Positions 53,903 to 64,000 are shown, counted from the stretch's first letter. The stretch: DNA of 64,000 nt from Candidatus Muproteobacteria bacterium (GCA_003251795.1 QKEI01000232.1:1533-65532), one strand, 5' to 3'. Program-made: numbers and translations. Notes: generated from the letters alone by a model not told the origin.

Positions 53903-56229
53903 GCCCGTTGTTTGCGCGTTACAGCCAGCCCGGATGGCGTTGGCGCTTCCTTATTCAAAGACAGCGTTTGATCCACCGGCAGCGTGATGCTGACGCGGGC
54001 ACCGCCGCCGTTGATGTTTTCCGCTAGCAAAGTGCCATTATGCTCCTCGATGATTCTTTTCACGATAGCTAGACCGAGCCCAGTGCCCTTCTCACGGCTG
54101 GTTACATAGGGCTCGAACAGATGGTCCATGAGCGCGGCAGGGATTCCCGGGCCGTTGTCCTCGATCGCCAGTTGCACCGAGCTAGAGCCGTCGTGCGTCG
54201 CGTGACGCGTGCGGATGCGAATTAGCGGACGCGCGTGCTCGGCCAATGCATCGCGCGCATTGAGCAACAAGTTATGCAACACTTGACGCAGCCTGCCAGC
54301 ATCGGCGTGGATAGCCGGCATGTCGACATCGAGGTCGAGCTCAACTGTTAGTCGTTTCGATCGGAGTTTCGGCCCTTTGCCGCGCGCCGCGCGTGGCCGT
54401 TTGGCTACCGACGCCGAGCTGGCCAGATTGACCACTTCAGTGCCATACAGTTCGACCACATCTCGGATCAGACGGTTCAGGTCCATCAGCCCGGTCTGCA
54501 TCTGCACAGGTCGAGCGTAGTCCGAAAATGCATTGACCATGGACTTGAGCGCTTCTACTTGCTCGATGATGGTATGGGTCGCGCGATCGAGTGTGCGCTG
54601 TTCAGTATCCGCAAGCGCCGACATGCACTTGTGGCGGATACGCTCGGCCGACAGCTGTATCGGTGTAAGCGGGTTCTTGATCTCATGGGCCAGGCGCCGC
54701 GCCACCTCGCGCCAGGCGGCGTCGCGTTCGGCTTGGATGCGCGCCGTGACATCGTCGAATACCAGTACGAAGCCGCCTTTGCCGCGCTGTGGTCCCGGCA
54801 ACATGGTGCCGCGCAGGATCAATGTACGCTTACCAGCCTGACCGGCGAGGGTAATCTCGGCTTGCCATTCATTGCGACTTCCCTCAGTAGCGATATGAAC
54901 AGCCTCGCAGAAAGCGCCAAGTTCCGGGTGCGAGTTGGCGATCCAATCAAGCGACTTGCCGGTTGCGGGCCCGAGATCGATGCGCAGGATCTGTGCGGCG
55001 GCGGCGTTGTGGGTGCGTAGACAGTTGCGTCCGTCAAAGGACAGTACGCCCGAGGATAAGTGGGTCAGCACAGTCTGCAGGTAAGTGCCCTGCATCTCGG
55101 CTTCCGCGCGGCTGCGCTTTATCTGGTCTTGCGCGTCGCGAATCTTGTGCGTCATATCGTTAAAGGACTGCACGAGAATACCGAATTCGTCCTTGCCTTG
55201 CACAGGAAGCTGTTTGCCGTAGTCACCATCGGCCACTGCACGGGTGCCAGCGGCGAGATCGCGTATCGGCGCCGCCAAGCGGCGTGCCGAAAAGATCGCT
55301 GCCCAGGCGGCAATGAGGATAGTAAGCAGGGCCACCAAGCCGAGGGTCAGCGTGAAACCAAACTTAAGCGGCCCGCGCAGATAGATAAGCTTCTGGTATT
55401 CGGCGAATGCCGTTTGCACGCTCTGGCTGAGCTCTGCATAACGTGTCGGTAACGGCTGCAAGATCTGCAGCAGTCGTACCGAAGCGCCGACCTCACGCCC
55501 ATAGACCGGTACCACCACCCGTAACTGTAAATCACCCTTTCTGATGGCATCGAGGTTGGCGTACGCTTGGCCTTGGCGAGCCTGCGAGAGGATGGCATCG
55601 CTGGGCCGATCCGGCACCAGCGTGGCGGTGCCGGGACCGGCCTCACTGCTGGAGGCGATAATGCGACCGTCCTGCGAGAACAGCGTAAGCTCGGCGATGG
55701 CGTATTTGTCCCGCAGAAAATCGAGCGCTGGCACGGCCAGCTTATCTGGGCTGCTTTCAAGCTCGACCGCTATGGACTTCGCGTTCTTCAACAGCTCCTG
55801 CTTGATGGCGTCGAGTGCTGCGCGTCCTACCAGCAACGCATCATCCAGTGCCTTCTCAGTCCTGACGTCGAACCAGCTATCAATGCCGCGGTTAACGACC
55901 TGTAGCGAAAACACCAAGACGATGGCGACAGGCGCCACAGCCAGCACGGCGAACATCCCGAGCAGACGCAACGTCAGGCGCGACCCCATAACGCGTGCCC
56001 GGAACTGCACCGCCAGACGGATCAGGCTTACCAGGATCAACCCGAGCAGCAGCAGAATGCCGAAGATACTGATGACGAGAAATACGGAATACAGCGGCCC
56101 CAGTAGCGTAGAGCTCTGGGTGGCGATGCTCATTAGGAACAACGCTGCCAGCAACAGCACCGAGAACACGGCGAGCGGGACAACACCGGTGGCGTAACGT
56201 TTTAACGCTGCACGTTCCATCTGGTCCAT
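53899..56229 (-). CDS. ntrY: NtrY-type sensor histidine kinase (TM-HAMP-PAS-HisKA-HATPase)
   Basis: 776 aa with N-terminal TM helices. H-box LAHEIKNPLTPIQLSAERI and ATPase boxes N (NLLLNARDA) and G (GTGLGLAIVKRI). Confidence 0.82.
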   Translation of the reverse strand: MDQMERAALKRYATGVVPLAVFSVLLLAALFLMSIATQSSTLLGPLYSVFLVISIFGILLLLGLILVSLIRLAVQFRARVMGSRLTLRLLGMFAVLAVAPVAIVLVFSLQVVNRGIDSWFDVRTEKALDDALLVGRAALDAIKQELLKNAKSIAVELESSPDKLAVPALDFLRDKYAIAELTLFSQDGRIIASSSEAGPGTATLVPDRPSDAILSQARQGQAYANLDAIRKGDLQLRVVVPVYGREVGASVRLLQILQPLPTRYAELSQSVQTAFAEYQKLIYLRGPLKFGFTLTLGLVALLTILIAAWAAIFSARRLAAPIRDLAAGTRAVADGDYGKQLPVQGKDEFGILVQSFNDMTHKIRDAQDQIKRSRAEAEMQGTYLQTVLTHLSSGVLSFDGRNCLRTHNAAAAQILRIDLGPATGKSLDWIANSHPELGAFCEAVHIATEGSRNEWQAEITLAGQAGKRTLILRGTMLPGPQRGKGGFVLVFDDVTARIQAERDAAWREVARRLAHEIKNPLTPIQLSAERIRHKCMSALADTEQRTLDRATHTIIEQVEALKSMVNAFSDYARPVQMQTGLMDLNRLIRDVVELYGTEVVNLASSASVAKRPRAARGKGPKLRSKRLTVELDLDVDMPAIHADAGRLRQVLHNLLLNARDALAEHARPLIRIRTRHATHDGSSSVQLAIEDNGPGIPAALMDHLFEPYVTSREKGTGLGLAIVKRIIEEHNGTLLAENINGGGARVSITLPVDQTLSLNKEAPTPSGLAVTRKQRA

Positions 56230-56768
56230 CCACTACTCAGGCGCCAGGCAAGTGAGGTGTAGGCCACCGGCCGCAAAGGTGCCGGCAAGGAGTCTATGTC
56301 AAGGCTGGCCCGTACACTGACATAGAATTGACTGGCTGATTGCAAGTTACGCTTAAGCGGAAGCTTTAGGTCGTCGAGTAGGCCCATATTGGCAAGTGCC
56401 GCCTGCAGCGACGTGAAACTCTCAATGGCATCGGCATCGTGCCTGTGTCCGGTCACTAGATACTGGCGTGACAGCGCATGGTAACTGATTCTGCGGTGCA
56501 ATACCCAGTCTGCCACGCGCGCGTCCCACAAAACTGTGCGCACACGGTAGAGATCAATATCGATGAGTACCTCGATTGGCACGCCTTTACTTAGCGCCTC
56601 CTGCACCCTCGAGGTCAGTTCCAGGTCCAGGTTGCCGGAAATCGCTAGCGACTGGTCAACGATCCGCGGCCTAACCTCGGTGACTGTGAAGTCTGCGCTG
56701 GCGCTGCCGCTGGGCACGAGCCACAACGATAGCGTCAGCAGGCAACTAGCTCTTACGTAGGCACCCAT
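56202..56768 (-). CDS. DUF4390 domain periplasmic protein
   Basis: ATG at 56768 gives the signal peptide MGAYVRASCLLTLSLWLVPSGSASA. Its position between rsmB and ntrY is typical for DUF4390. The longer track ORF lies inside rsmB. Confidence 0.65.
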   Translation of the reverse strand: MGAYVRASCLLTLSLWLVPSGSASADFTVTEVRPRIVDQSLAISGNLDLELTSRVQEALSKGVPIEVLIDIDLYRVRTVLWDARVADWVLHRRISYHALSRQYLVTGHRHDADAIESFTSLQAALANMGLLDDLKLPLKRNLQSASQFYVSVRASLDIDSLPAPLRPVAYTSLAWRLSSGWTRWNVQR

Positions 56769-58098
56769 AGTAGAAGCCGTCCATGCCCTGCTCACCGGGG
56801 AGGATTTGTACACCTGGATTTCGCGCCAGCGCGAACGGCAAGGACAGCGGGGCGACACCGGCGTCGGCGTGCTCGGCCAAGAAGGCTTGCAACTGCTCAT
56901 CGTTTTCCCCCGGCAGCACCGAGCAGGTCATGTACAACAGCTTACCCCCGCTACGTAGCAGCGGCCACAAAGCTTGCAGGATCGCCACCTGCAGGCGTTG
57001 CAACTTCCCCAGCTCGGCTGGTGTGCGATGCAGTTTGATGTCCGGATGGCGACGAATAACACCTGTTGCCGAGCACGGTACGTCAAGCAGTATCCGGTCA
57101 AATGACCGCCCGTCCCACCAGCTGCCCGGCTCGCTAGCATCACCCAACACCACCTCGGCGGTAAGGCCAAGCCTACGCAGGTTTTGCTGGATAAGCGGTA
57201 GGCGTGCCGGCTCTTTGTCGAGCGCGACCATGCGCGTGCCTTCCGGCGCTCGCTCAAGTAGATGACACAACTTGCCGCCCGGAGCAGCGCAGGCATCGAG
57301 CACGTTCTGACCGGGCTGCATATCGAGCAGCGACGCTGCCAACTGCGCGGCTCCATCCTGAACGGAAACGGCTCCTTCGGCGAAACCCGGCAACGCGCTC
57401 ACCGGGACGGGTTCTTGCAGAACGACACCACTATCGCTATGGGGTAGCGGTGTTGCATCGAGGCCAGCGGTCCGTAGTCGCTGCAAGTACTCCTCGCGTG
57501 TCCCTCGCCGCAGATTGACCCGCAAACTGAGCGGCGGGCGCTCGTTATTCGCCTCGACGATGGCCGGCCAATGTGCAGGCCAGGCCTGCTTTAACGCGTC
57601 CAACAGCCACAACGGGTGGCTGTAACGGGCCTCCGGATCGGCCGCGGTCTCGGCAAGCAACGCTGATTTTTCCCGCAAGAACCGGCGCAGACAGGCGTTA
57701 ATCAATTCCTTGGCCCAGGGTTTGTCGAGCCACGTCGCCGCCTCAACGCTGCACGATACCGCCGCATATTCTTGTATGCGCATATGGATCAGTTGATACA
57801 GGCCTACCCACAACAGCGCACTAACGTCGGCGTCGCGCTCGCGTAGCGGTCTTTTGAGCAGGCGCGTACTGAGCGTCTGCAGCTTCGGCGCGAAACGCAA
57901 CGCCCCATAGGTCATCTCCTGTATCAACGGTACCTGCCCCGGCGGTGCTGTCGGCAACTCCCTCTCAAGGGCTCGGTCCAGTAAGCGGCCGTGCACTACG
58001 CGCGCGACGATGCGAGCAGCGATGGCGCGTGCGCCGGCAGCCGCCAACGCAGCATCAGCCTCGGCCACGGCGGGTGGTGCAGAGCGGCCGGGGCTCAT
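56746..58098 (-). CDS. rsmB: 16S rRNA (cytosine967-C5)-methyltransferase
   Basis: 450 aa. N-terminal NusB-like domain, SAM motif DACAAPGGK and catalytic DVPCSATG / YMTCS. Confidence 0.92.
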   Translation of the reverse strand: MSPGRSAPPAVAEADAALAAAGARAIAARIVARVVHGRLLDRALERELPTAPPGQVPLIQEMTYGALRFAPKLQTLSTRLLKRPLRERDADVSALLWVGLYQLIHMRIQEYAAVSCSVEAATWLDKPWAKELINACLRRFLREKSALLAETAADPEARYSHPLWLLDALKQAWPAHWPAIVEANNERPPLSLRVNLRRGTREEYLQRLRTAGLDATPLPHSDSGVVLQEPVPVSALPGFAEGAVSVQDGAAQLAASLLDMQPGQNVLDACAAPGGKLCHLLERAPEGTRMVALDKEPARLPLIQQNLRRLGLTAEVVLGDASEPGSWWDGRSFDRILLDVPCSATGVIRRHPDIKLHRTPAELGKLQRLQVAILQALWPLLRSGGKLLYMTCSVLPGENDEQLQAFLAEHADAGVAPLSLPFALARNPGVQILPGEQGMDGFYYGCLRKS

Positions 58099-59024
58099 AT
58101 CAGGCGCTCCCCCGGTTTTGGGTGGTAGCCATTCACGAACGCCTGCACGTCAAGCGGCTTACCGCCTTCGAGCTGCAAGCGTCGTATCGGCAGTGTACCG
58201 GCCCCCGTGGACACGTGAATTTCGCTTCGGTCGACCACCACCAGGGTGCCCGGAGGCGCCTCTTGCGTTGGTTGTTCCACCGGGCCCACCTCCCAGATGC
58301 GCAAGACGCGCCCACGGAAGTGCGTGTAGGCCACCGGCCACGGATTAAAGGCGCGAATCCGCCGATGCAGCACCTGGGCAGGCTCGGCCCAGTCGAGCAA
58401 CGCCTCGGACTTGTGGATCTTTGCTGCATAACACGCTGCTGCATGGTCTTGAGGTAGCGGCGCAATGGTACCCGTGGCAATGGTATTCAATGTTTGCACC
58501 AGCAACTCCGCACCAAGTTCGGCGAGACGGTCGTGCAGCGCTTGTGCGGTATCGTCTTCGCTGATCGGTGTTTCACGTTGCGCAAGAATGTCGCCGGTGT
58601 CCAGCCCGGCATCGACCTGCATGATGGTAATGCCCGTAATTGGGTCCCCGGCTTCGATGGCACGCACAATCGGCGCCGCACCCCGCCAGCGCGGCAGCAG
58701 CGAGGCATGGACATTGATGCAACCGTGACGCGGCACCTGTAACACGGCTTCCGGTAGGATAAGGCCGTAGGCAACCACCACCATGACATCCGGCGCAAGC
58801 TGCCGCAGCTCGGCGGCCGTCTGTGCCGTCATTTTGCTAGGTTGCTGCACCGGCAACCGTAGCTCCAGGGCTGCCCGCTTTACCGCACCTTCAGTGGTGC
58901 GGCGTCCCCGCCCTGCCGGTCTATCGGGCTGGGTGTAGACAGCGGCCAGAACATGACCGGCAGCCGCCAGCGCACGCAGGGAAGGCACGGCGAATGCTGG
59001 GGTCCCGGCGAAGACAATATTCAC
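58095..59024 (-). CDS. fmt: Methionyl-tRNA formyltransferase
   Basis: 309 aa with a GTG start. NIVFAGTPAFAVP and HASLLPRWRGAAPI motifs. ATGA overlap with rsmB. Confidence 0.95.
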   Translation of the reverse strand: MNIVFAGTPAFAVPSLRALAAAGHVLAAVYTQPDRPAGRGRRTTEGAVKRAALELRLPVQQPSKMTAQTAAELRQLAPDVMVVVAYGLILPEAVLQVPRHGCINVHASLLPRWRGAAPIVRAIEAGDPITGITIMQVDAGLDTGDILAQRETPISEDDTAQALHDRLAELGAELLVQTLNTIATGTIAPLPQDHAAACYAAKIHKSEALLDWAEPAQVLHRRIRAFNPWPVAYTHFRGRVLRIWEVGPVEQPTQEAPPGTLVVVDRSEIHVSTGAGTLPIRRLQLEGGKPLDVQAFVNGYHPKPGERLI

Positions 59025-59042
59025 AGGCGCGCGCGGGCCCGG

Positions 59043-59546
59043 CTACATCGCCAGCCGGTCCTGTTTTTGCATCTTCTTGCGAATCCGCTGTTGCTTAAGG
59101 CGCGAGAGGTAGTCCACGAAAAGCTTGCCCTCCAGATGGTCGATCTCGTGTTGGATGCAAGTCGCCAATAGCTCGCTAGTTTCCAACTCGAACAGTTTGC
59201 CATGGCGATCGAGGGCGCGGACCTTGATGCGTTCGGCGCGGGTGACGGTGTCGTAGATACCTGGCACGGACAGGCAGCCCTCCTCCAGCGTCTGCTCACC
59301 TTGCCGATCGATGATCTCCGGATTAACGAGCACCAGCAGCTCGCTCTTCGTTGAGGATGTGTCGATGACAATGATGCGCTTGGCCACGTTGATCTGGGGT
59401 GCGGCCAGGCCAATGCCGGGTGCCTGGTACATCGTATCGGCCAAGTCGTCGATCAGTGCTCTGATCTCATCGTCCACACGCTCCACCGCCTCGGCAACGC
59501 GGCGCAGGCGTGGGTCTGGGTAGTGCAGTATTTGTCTGATGACCAT
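59043..59546 (-). CDS. def: Peptide deformylase
   Basis: ATG at 59546 gives 167 aa with the three PDF motifs [13 protein letters not shown] and QHEIDHL. The track ORF adds 28 aa. Confidence 0.95.
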   Translation of the reverse strand: MVIRQILHYPDPRLRRVAEAVERVDDEIRALIDDLADTMYQAPGIGLAAPQINVAKRIIVIDTSSTKSELLVLVNPEIIDRQGEQTLEEGCLSVPGIYDTVTRAERIKVRALDRHGKLFELETSELLATCIQHEIDHLEGKLFVDYLSRLKQQRIRKKMQKQDRLAM

Positions 59547-59706
59547 GGCGAATTCGACAGTGCGTTGATGGCGTTGGTTTCCCCTGTTACTAAACTGGAT
59601 TATTATCGAGGCAGATGTCGTTGAATCCAATAGCGATTTTCCCTGGAACCGCGTTGGCGGGTGCGGAAAGTTTGGACTACACTCATGCGCTAAAGACCAA
59701 TGCTAA

Positions 59707-60885
59707 ATGATAGATAAGATGACAGCTATGCGGAACCCGCTCTTGAGTGTCGTCGTGGCGCTGTTGTTGGTCACGGGCGTCAGCAGTTTTGGCCAGACAG
59801 AGACGACTGAGGTCGTCCAGAAAGGCGATGTCGTGCAGTTGCGACCGGATCACCCCGACCGTTACGTCGTGCAAAGGGGTGATACCCTGTGGGATATCGC
59901 TAGCCGCTTCCTGCAAAGTCCATGGAACTGGCCCAAGATATGGACTATCAATGAGCAGATCGCCAATCCCCACCTTATTTACCCAGGCGATGTACTGGTG
60001 TTGCGCTTCGTTGGCGGGCGGCCCCAGGTTACGGTAGCCGAGCGTCCGGCACAGGTAGCCCCGGAGGGTGCCGCGCCAGAGGGTGCTCCAAAGGGTCCTG
60101 CCGAAGCCCCGGTGGTGCGGGAATATGAAGGTGTGCAGGGCGCCCCCTCGGGACGGGTGACCAAGCTCTCGCCACGCATCATCGAAAAACCGCTAGAAAA
60201 ACCCATACCAACGATATCGCCTGAGCAGATATTACCGTTTCTATCAAAGCCGTTGGTGGTCGATAAGAACGAGCTGAAGAAGGCCGGTTACGTCACCGTT
60301 GGTTTGGATGATCGCATCGCGCTTGGGGATAACAGCGAGTTTTATGCCCGTGGGCTCAAGAACACCGATGCCGAGGTGTACCAGTTGTATCGCCGGGGTC
60401 AACGCATCCGCGACGGCCACAAGACTCTCGGTTACGAGGCGGTATATCTGGGTGATGCCAGGATGCTAGAACCGGGTGACCCCGCAAGGCTCGTGGTTAC
60501 GAAGGTCAAGCAAGAGATCCTGCCGAGTGATTCGTTATTGGTTGCCCCGGCACGTGAGCCGTTGCCCTACTTCTTCCCGCATGCCCCCGCAAAAGACGTG
60601 AAGGGCCGCATCGTCACGGCGTTTGAGGCGCTCTCGGAGCTCGGACCCTACACCATCGTCACCGTCAACCTGGGCCAGGACGACGGTATCGATGAGGGTA
60701 CGGTATTGCGTATCATGCGCAACGCCGGCAAACGCAAAGACCCCGTCAGAGGCGGTAAGTACCGCCTACCGCCGGAAGAGTCCGGCCTGATGATGGTATT
60801 TCGTAGCTTCGAGCAACTGAGTTACGGCCTGGTGATCAATGCTACCCGGCCGATCCACATCGACGACGACGTGATCACACCGTAG
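59707..60885 (+). CDS. LysM peptidoglycan-binding domain protein (TsaP-like position between def and dprA)
   Basis: Signal peptide (MRNPLLSVVVALLLVTGVSSFGQ; the true start is probably ATG 59728). LysM motif YVVQRGDTLWDIASRFLQSPWNWPKIWTINEQIANPHLIYPGDVL. Confidence 0.75.
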   Translation: MIDKMTAMRNPLLSVVVALLLVTGVSSFGQTETTEVVQKGDVVQLRPDHPDRYVVQRGDTLWDIASRFLQSPWNWPKIWTINEQIANPHLIYPGDVLVLRFVGGRPQVTVAERPAQVAPEGAAPEGAPKGPAEAPVVREYEGVQGAPSGRVTKLSPRIIEKPLEKPIPTISPEQILPFLSKPLVVDKNELKKAGYVTVGLDDRIALGDNSEFYARGLKNTDAEVYQLYRRGQRIRDGHKTLGYEAVYLGDARMLEPGDPARLVVTKVKQEILPSDSLLVAPAREPLPYFFPHAPAKDVKGRIVTAFEALSELGPYTIVTVNLGQDDGIDEGTVLRIMRNAGKRKDPVRGGKYRLPPEESGLMMVFRSFEQLSYGLVINATRPIHIDDDVITP

Positions 60886-60936
60886 CTCGCCGCAGCCCCG
60901 CGCGGGCCGTGCGGCCGGGATCAGGGACGCAAGATC

Positions 60937-62040
60937 TTGACTCCGCATGCGCTGCGTTGCTGGCTGACCCTGCACCATGTCCCGGGTGTGGGCTCTCACA
61001 CCCTCGCCACCTTGCTCCAGCATTTCGGCACGATCGAGGCCGTTTTCACTGCCAATCGCGCGCAGTTGCTTTCCGCACTTGGACAGCGTAGCGCTCTGGT
61101 CGATCATATTCTCGCCGGTGCGGACGCGGAGGTTCTGGCACGGCATCTCGCCTGGCTCGATCAGCCAGGTCACCATCTGCTGACTTGCCTCGACCCGGAG
61201 TATCCGCGCTTGTTGAGCGAGATCGCCTACCCGCCGCTATTGCTGTTCGTGCACGGCGACATGCGCTTGCTGTCGCGTGCGCAGCTGGCCGTGGTCGGGA
61301 GTCGCAATCCCACCCCGTCTGGCGCCGACACCGCCCACGCGTTCGCGCGCACGCTCACCCAGGCTGGTCTGGTTGTGACTAGCGGGCTGGCGCTCGGCAT
61401 AGACGGTGCCGCGCATCGTGGCGCGTTAGACGCCGACGGTCAGACTATCGCGGTCATGGGCACTGGTGTCGATTGCATCTATCCCGCACGTCATCAATCG
61501 TTGGCACGGCGCATCGCGCAGCACGGCGCGATCATTTCGGAATTCCCGCTCGGCACACCGGCAAAGGCGGAAAATTTTCCACGACGTAATCGCATCATCA
61601 GTGGACTCAGTGTGGGCACCTTGGTCGTTGAGGCGGCACTGCATAGCGGCTCCCTTATCACCGCCCACTATGCGAGCGAGCAGGGACGCGAAGTCTTCGC
61701 CATCCCCGGTTCGATTCACTCACCGCTTGCGCGCGGTTGTCATGCCCTCATTCGTGAGGGCGCGAAGTTGGTGGAAACCGCGCGAGACATTATCGAGGAA
61801 CTCGGTGCACTCGTGACATTGACCGAGCAGCACGCTGTGACTAACGATTATCCGCCAGTCCCGAGCCCCGACCCGCGGCTGTTGGTGCTGCTGGACCACA
61901 TTGGTCATGACCCTGCGAGTGTTGATACGTTAGTCGAGCGCAGCGGATTGACGCCGCATACTATTTCCTCCATGCTTGTTGAGATGGAGTTGCTGGGATT
62001 GGTCGCGGCTTGTGCTGGTGGAAGATACATGCGCGTTTGA
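60937..62040 (+). CDS. dprA: DNA processing protein DprA (Smf)
   Basis: 367 aa with a TTG start. Rossmann-like core VVGSRNPTPSG...SGLALGIDGAAH...GTLVVEA...SGSLITA. Confidence 0.9.
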   Translation: MTPHALRCWLTLHHVPGVGSHTLATLLQHFGTIEAVFTANRAQLLSALGQRSALVDHILAGADAEVLARHLAWLDQPGHHLLTCLDPEYPRLLSEIAYPPLLLFVHGDMRLLSRAQLAVVGSRNPTPSGADTAHAFARTLTQAGLVVTSGLALGIDGAAHRGALDADGQTIAVMGTGVDCIYPARHQSLARRIAQHGAIISEFPLGTPAKAENFPRRNRIISGLSVGTLVVEAALHSGSLITAHYASEQGREVFAIPGSIHSPLARGCHALIREGAKLVETARDIIEELGALVTLTEQHAVTNDYPPVPSPDPRLLVLLDHIGHDPASVDTLVERSGLTPHTISSMLVEMELLGLVAACAGGRYMRV

Positions 62041-62059
62041 ATAGGACCAAGGGCGATTC

Positions 62060-62542
62060 ATGAAAGAGAACGTGTTTGATGTCTTGATGTATCTGTTCGA
62101 GAATTACATGGATGAAGACCCTGAGATCAGCCAGGACCAGGAAACCTTATCGAGCGAGCTTTCGCAGGCCGGTTTTCCCAAAGGCGAGATCAATAAGGCC
62201 TTTACCTGGCTCGAAGGTTTGTCCAACTTGCGCCGCCAGGATGTGGACTCATTGCAGCAGCGTGTGCCTGGCTCCGTGCGTTGTTATTCCGAGCATGAGC
62301 AGGCGAGGTTAAGTGCTGAGAGTCGCGGATTCTTGTTGTCGATGGAACAGAGCGGTGTGCTCGAACCAAAGACACGGGAAATGGTGATCGATCGCTTGAT
62401 GGCACTTGATACCGACGAGATCGAGCTGGAACAGCTAAAGTGGATAATGTTGTTGATACTGTTCAATCAGCCTGATCAAGAGCAAGCATACGGCATCGTT
62501 GAGGATTTGGTGTTTGACTATTCAGTACGCCCACTACACTGA
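62060..62542 (+). CDS. smg: Smg protein (DUF494)
   Basis: 160 aa. MKENVFDVLMYLFENYMD... is the characteristic Smg N-terminus, in the conserved position after dprA. Confidence 0.85.
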   Translation: MKENVFDVLMYLFENYMDEDPEISQDQETLSSELSQAGFPKGEINKAFTWLEGLSNLRRQDVDSLQQRVPGSVRCYSEHEQARLSAESRGFLLSMEQSGVLEPKTREMVIDRLMALDTDEIELEQLKWIMLLILFNQPDQEQAYGIVEDLVFDYSVRPLH

Positions 62543-62795
62543 TTATCAGAGCGCCGACGCAGGCGATCTGTAAGGCCAGTGGCCTCAGACTTGACAAACC
62601 ATACACCTTATCCTGGAAAATCCGCCGCCTGTGGCCTGTAGCAGCGTGGCGCTGCGTATGGTTACCGTAATAATCTATCCTTAGTGACAGAGGAAGCATT
62701 TGGGAGCTGCCCTACGGTGGCATTTATCAGTAACTTGTAACCGCAGTAGTGCGCGGCGCTTGCGCGATCACCACTGTGTGGGGTATCCATAGTCG

Positions 62796-64000
62796 ATGGC
62801 AAAAAATCTGATCGTTGTCGAATCACCCGCGAAGGCCAAGACAATGGCCAAATATCTGGGCAAGGACTTCACCGCGCTTGCTTCCTATGGGCATGTGCGC
62901 GATTTGATTCCTAAGCAGGGTGCGGTCGACACTGAAAACGGTTTTGCGATGAAGTTCGAGCTAATCGAGAAAAATAAGAAACATGTAGACGCCATTGCTA
63001 AAGCCATGAAACGCGCGGACGCGCTCTACCTTGCTACTGACCCTGATCGTGAGGGTGAGGCCATTTCCTGGCACCTGAGCGAGATCCTCAAGGAGCGCGG
63101 CACACTTGATGACAAGCCGGTGCACCGCGTGGAGTTCTACGAGATCACCAAACGGGCGATCCAGGAGGCCATGCAGCATCCGCGCGAGCTTTCCTCTAAT
63201 CTGATCAATGCGCAGCAGGCGCGGCGTGCGCTCGACTACCTGGTAGGGTTCAATCTTTCGCCGCTGCTCTGGAAGAAGGTGCGCCGCGGCCTCTCGGCGG
63301 GGCGCGTGCAGAGCCCGGCACTGCGTATGATCGTGGAGCGCGAGGAGGAAATTGAGCGCTTCAAGCCGCGCGAATACTGGACCATCGAGGCGGACGTCGA
63401 GGCCAAAAGTAAGGAGTTTGTCGCCAAGCTCACGCACTTCGCCGGCGACAAGCTGGATCAGTTCGCCGTCGGCGACAGCGAGCGTGCCGGCGAGATCAAA
63501 GCGGCGCTAAAAAAGGGCGCTGGTGGTCGCCTGCTGGTCACCGCGGTCGACAAGAAGCAACGCAAACGCAACCCGGCCCCACCCTTTACCACCTCGACGC
63601 TGCAGCAGGAGGCCTCGCGCAAGCTTGGTTATAGTGCCCAACGCACGATGCGGGTCGCGCAGCAGCTTTACGAGGGCGCGGAGATCGAGGGGGAAACCGT
63701 CGGACTCATCACCTACATGCGCACGGACTCCGTAAATCTGGCGGCCGAGGGAATCCAAGAGATTCGCGAGCTCATTAAGGAACGTTACGGCGATGAAAAC
63801 CTGCCGGAGAGTCCGCAGGTCTACAAGAACAAGTCGAAGAATGCGCAGGAGGCGCATGAAGGCATACGCCCGACTTCGGTGCGGCGCACGCCGGAAGATA
63901 TCCGGCGTTTTCTCAAGCCCGATCAGCTGCGGCTTTATGAACTCATCTGGAAACGCACGGTCGCTTGCCAGATGTTGCACGCTACGTTGGATACGGTCGC
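62796..64000 (+). CDS. topA: DNA topoisomerase I, N-terminal part (3' end beyond window)
   Basis: Not in the track (open at the window end). My manual translation from ATG 62796 is MAKNLIVVESPAKAKTMAKYLGKDF...DPDREGEAISWH...GLITYMRTDS (TOPRIM domain and active-site Tyr region). Confidence 0.95.
   Translation, partial: MAKNLIVVESPAKAKTMAKYLGKDFTALASYGHVRDLIPKQGAVDTENGFAMKFELIEKNKKHVDAIAKAMKRADALYLATDPDREGEAISWHLSEILKERGTLDDKPVHRVEFYEITKRAIQEAMQHPRELSSNLINAQQARRALDYLVGFNLSPLLWKKVRRGLSAGRVQSPALRMIVEREEEIERFKPREYWTIEADVEAKSKEFVAKLTHFAGDKLDQFAVGDSERAGEIKAALKKGAGGRLLVTAVDKKQRKRNPAPPFTTSTLQQEASRKLGYSAQRTMRVAQQLYEGAEIEGETVGLITYMRTDSVNLAAEGIQEIRELIKERYGDENLPESPQVYKNKSKNAQEAHEGIRPTSVRRTPEDIRRFLKPDQLRLYELIWKRTVACQMLHATLDTV

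Noticed and set aside
58569-58584. parS-like half sites: TGTTTCACGTTGCGCA in fmt, and GGCGTGAAACA at about 37878-37888.
   Set aside because: Only one half of the palindrome matches (about 12/16 or less), unlike the two full sites in recF.
62543-62795. The 253-bp smg-topA spacer with small hairpins (AGGCCAGTGGCCT; GCAGCGTGGCGCTGC) as a possible ncRNA.
   Set aside because: The stems are short, no U-tract terminator or convincing promoter is visible, and the spacer most simply holds the topA promoter region.

Overview
This is a 64-kb origin-proximal chromosomal segment of a high-GC proteobacterium; gene order and protein signatures look gammaproteobacterial. All calls rest on manual reading of the supplied ORF translations and the sequence, and no database search was run. 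Backbone, left to right: a GST fragment, a JmjC/cupin oxygenase-like gene, a 1241-aa repeat-built envelope protein, glmS-glmU and the complete F1Fo ATP synthase operon (atpIBEFHAGDC, minus strand). Next come parAB, rsmG, mnmG, mnmE and yidC-yidD-rnpA-rpmH, then dnaA-dnaN-recF-gyrB on the plus strand. After that: apaGH, ahcY-metK, two tandem LpxL/LpxM-type acyltransferases, trkAH, an NtrY/NtrX-type two-component pair with DUF4390, rsmB-fmt-def, a LysM protein, dprA, smg and the 5' part of topA. I recognised no rRNA, tRNA, CRISPR array, IS element or integrase. Three accessory insertions interrupt this conserved backbone. (1) DUF302 plus a repeat-containing secreted protein lie between rsmG and mnmG. 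(2) MoxR-DUF58-transglutaminase lies between mnmG and mnmE. (3) The most interesting is a translationally coupled three-gene cassette at 44.8-46.6 kb, preceded by a lipoprotein gene. It encodes a MotA/ExbB-type channel, an ExbD/TolR-like Asp-containing anchor fused to a non-canonical periplasmic beta domain, and a 2-TM protein. It looks like an uncharacterised proton-motive-force-driven envelope module. Other points: two parS sites inside recF, a candidate oriC in the dnaA-dnaN spacer, a GC dip over dnaA-dnaN and a structured 113-bp atpD-atpC spacer. There is also a 960-bp non-coding gap upstream of metK holding an AT-rich island and an M48-peptidase gene remnant.
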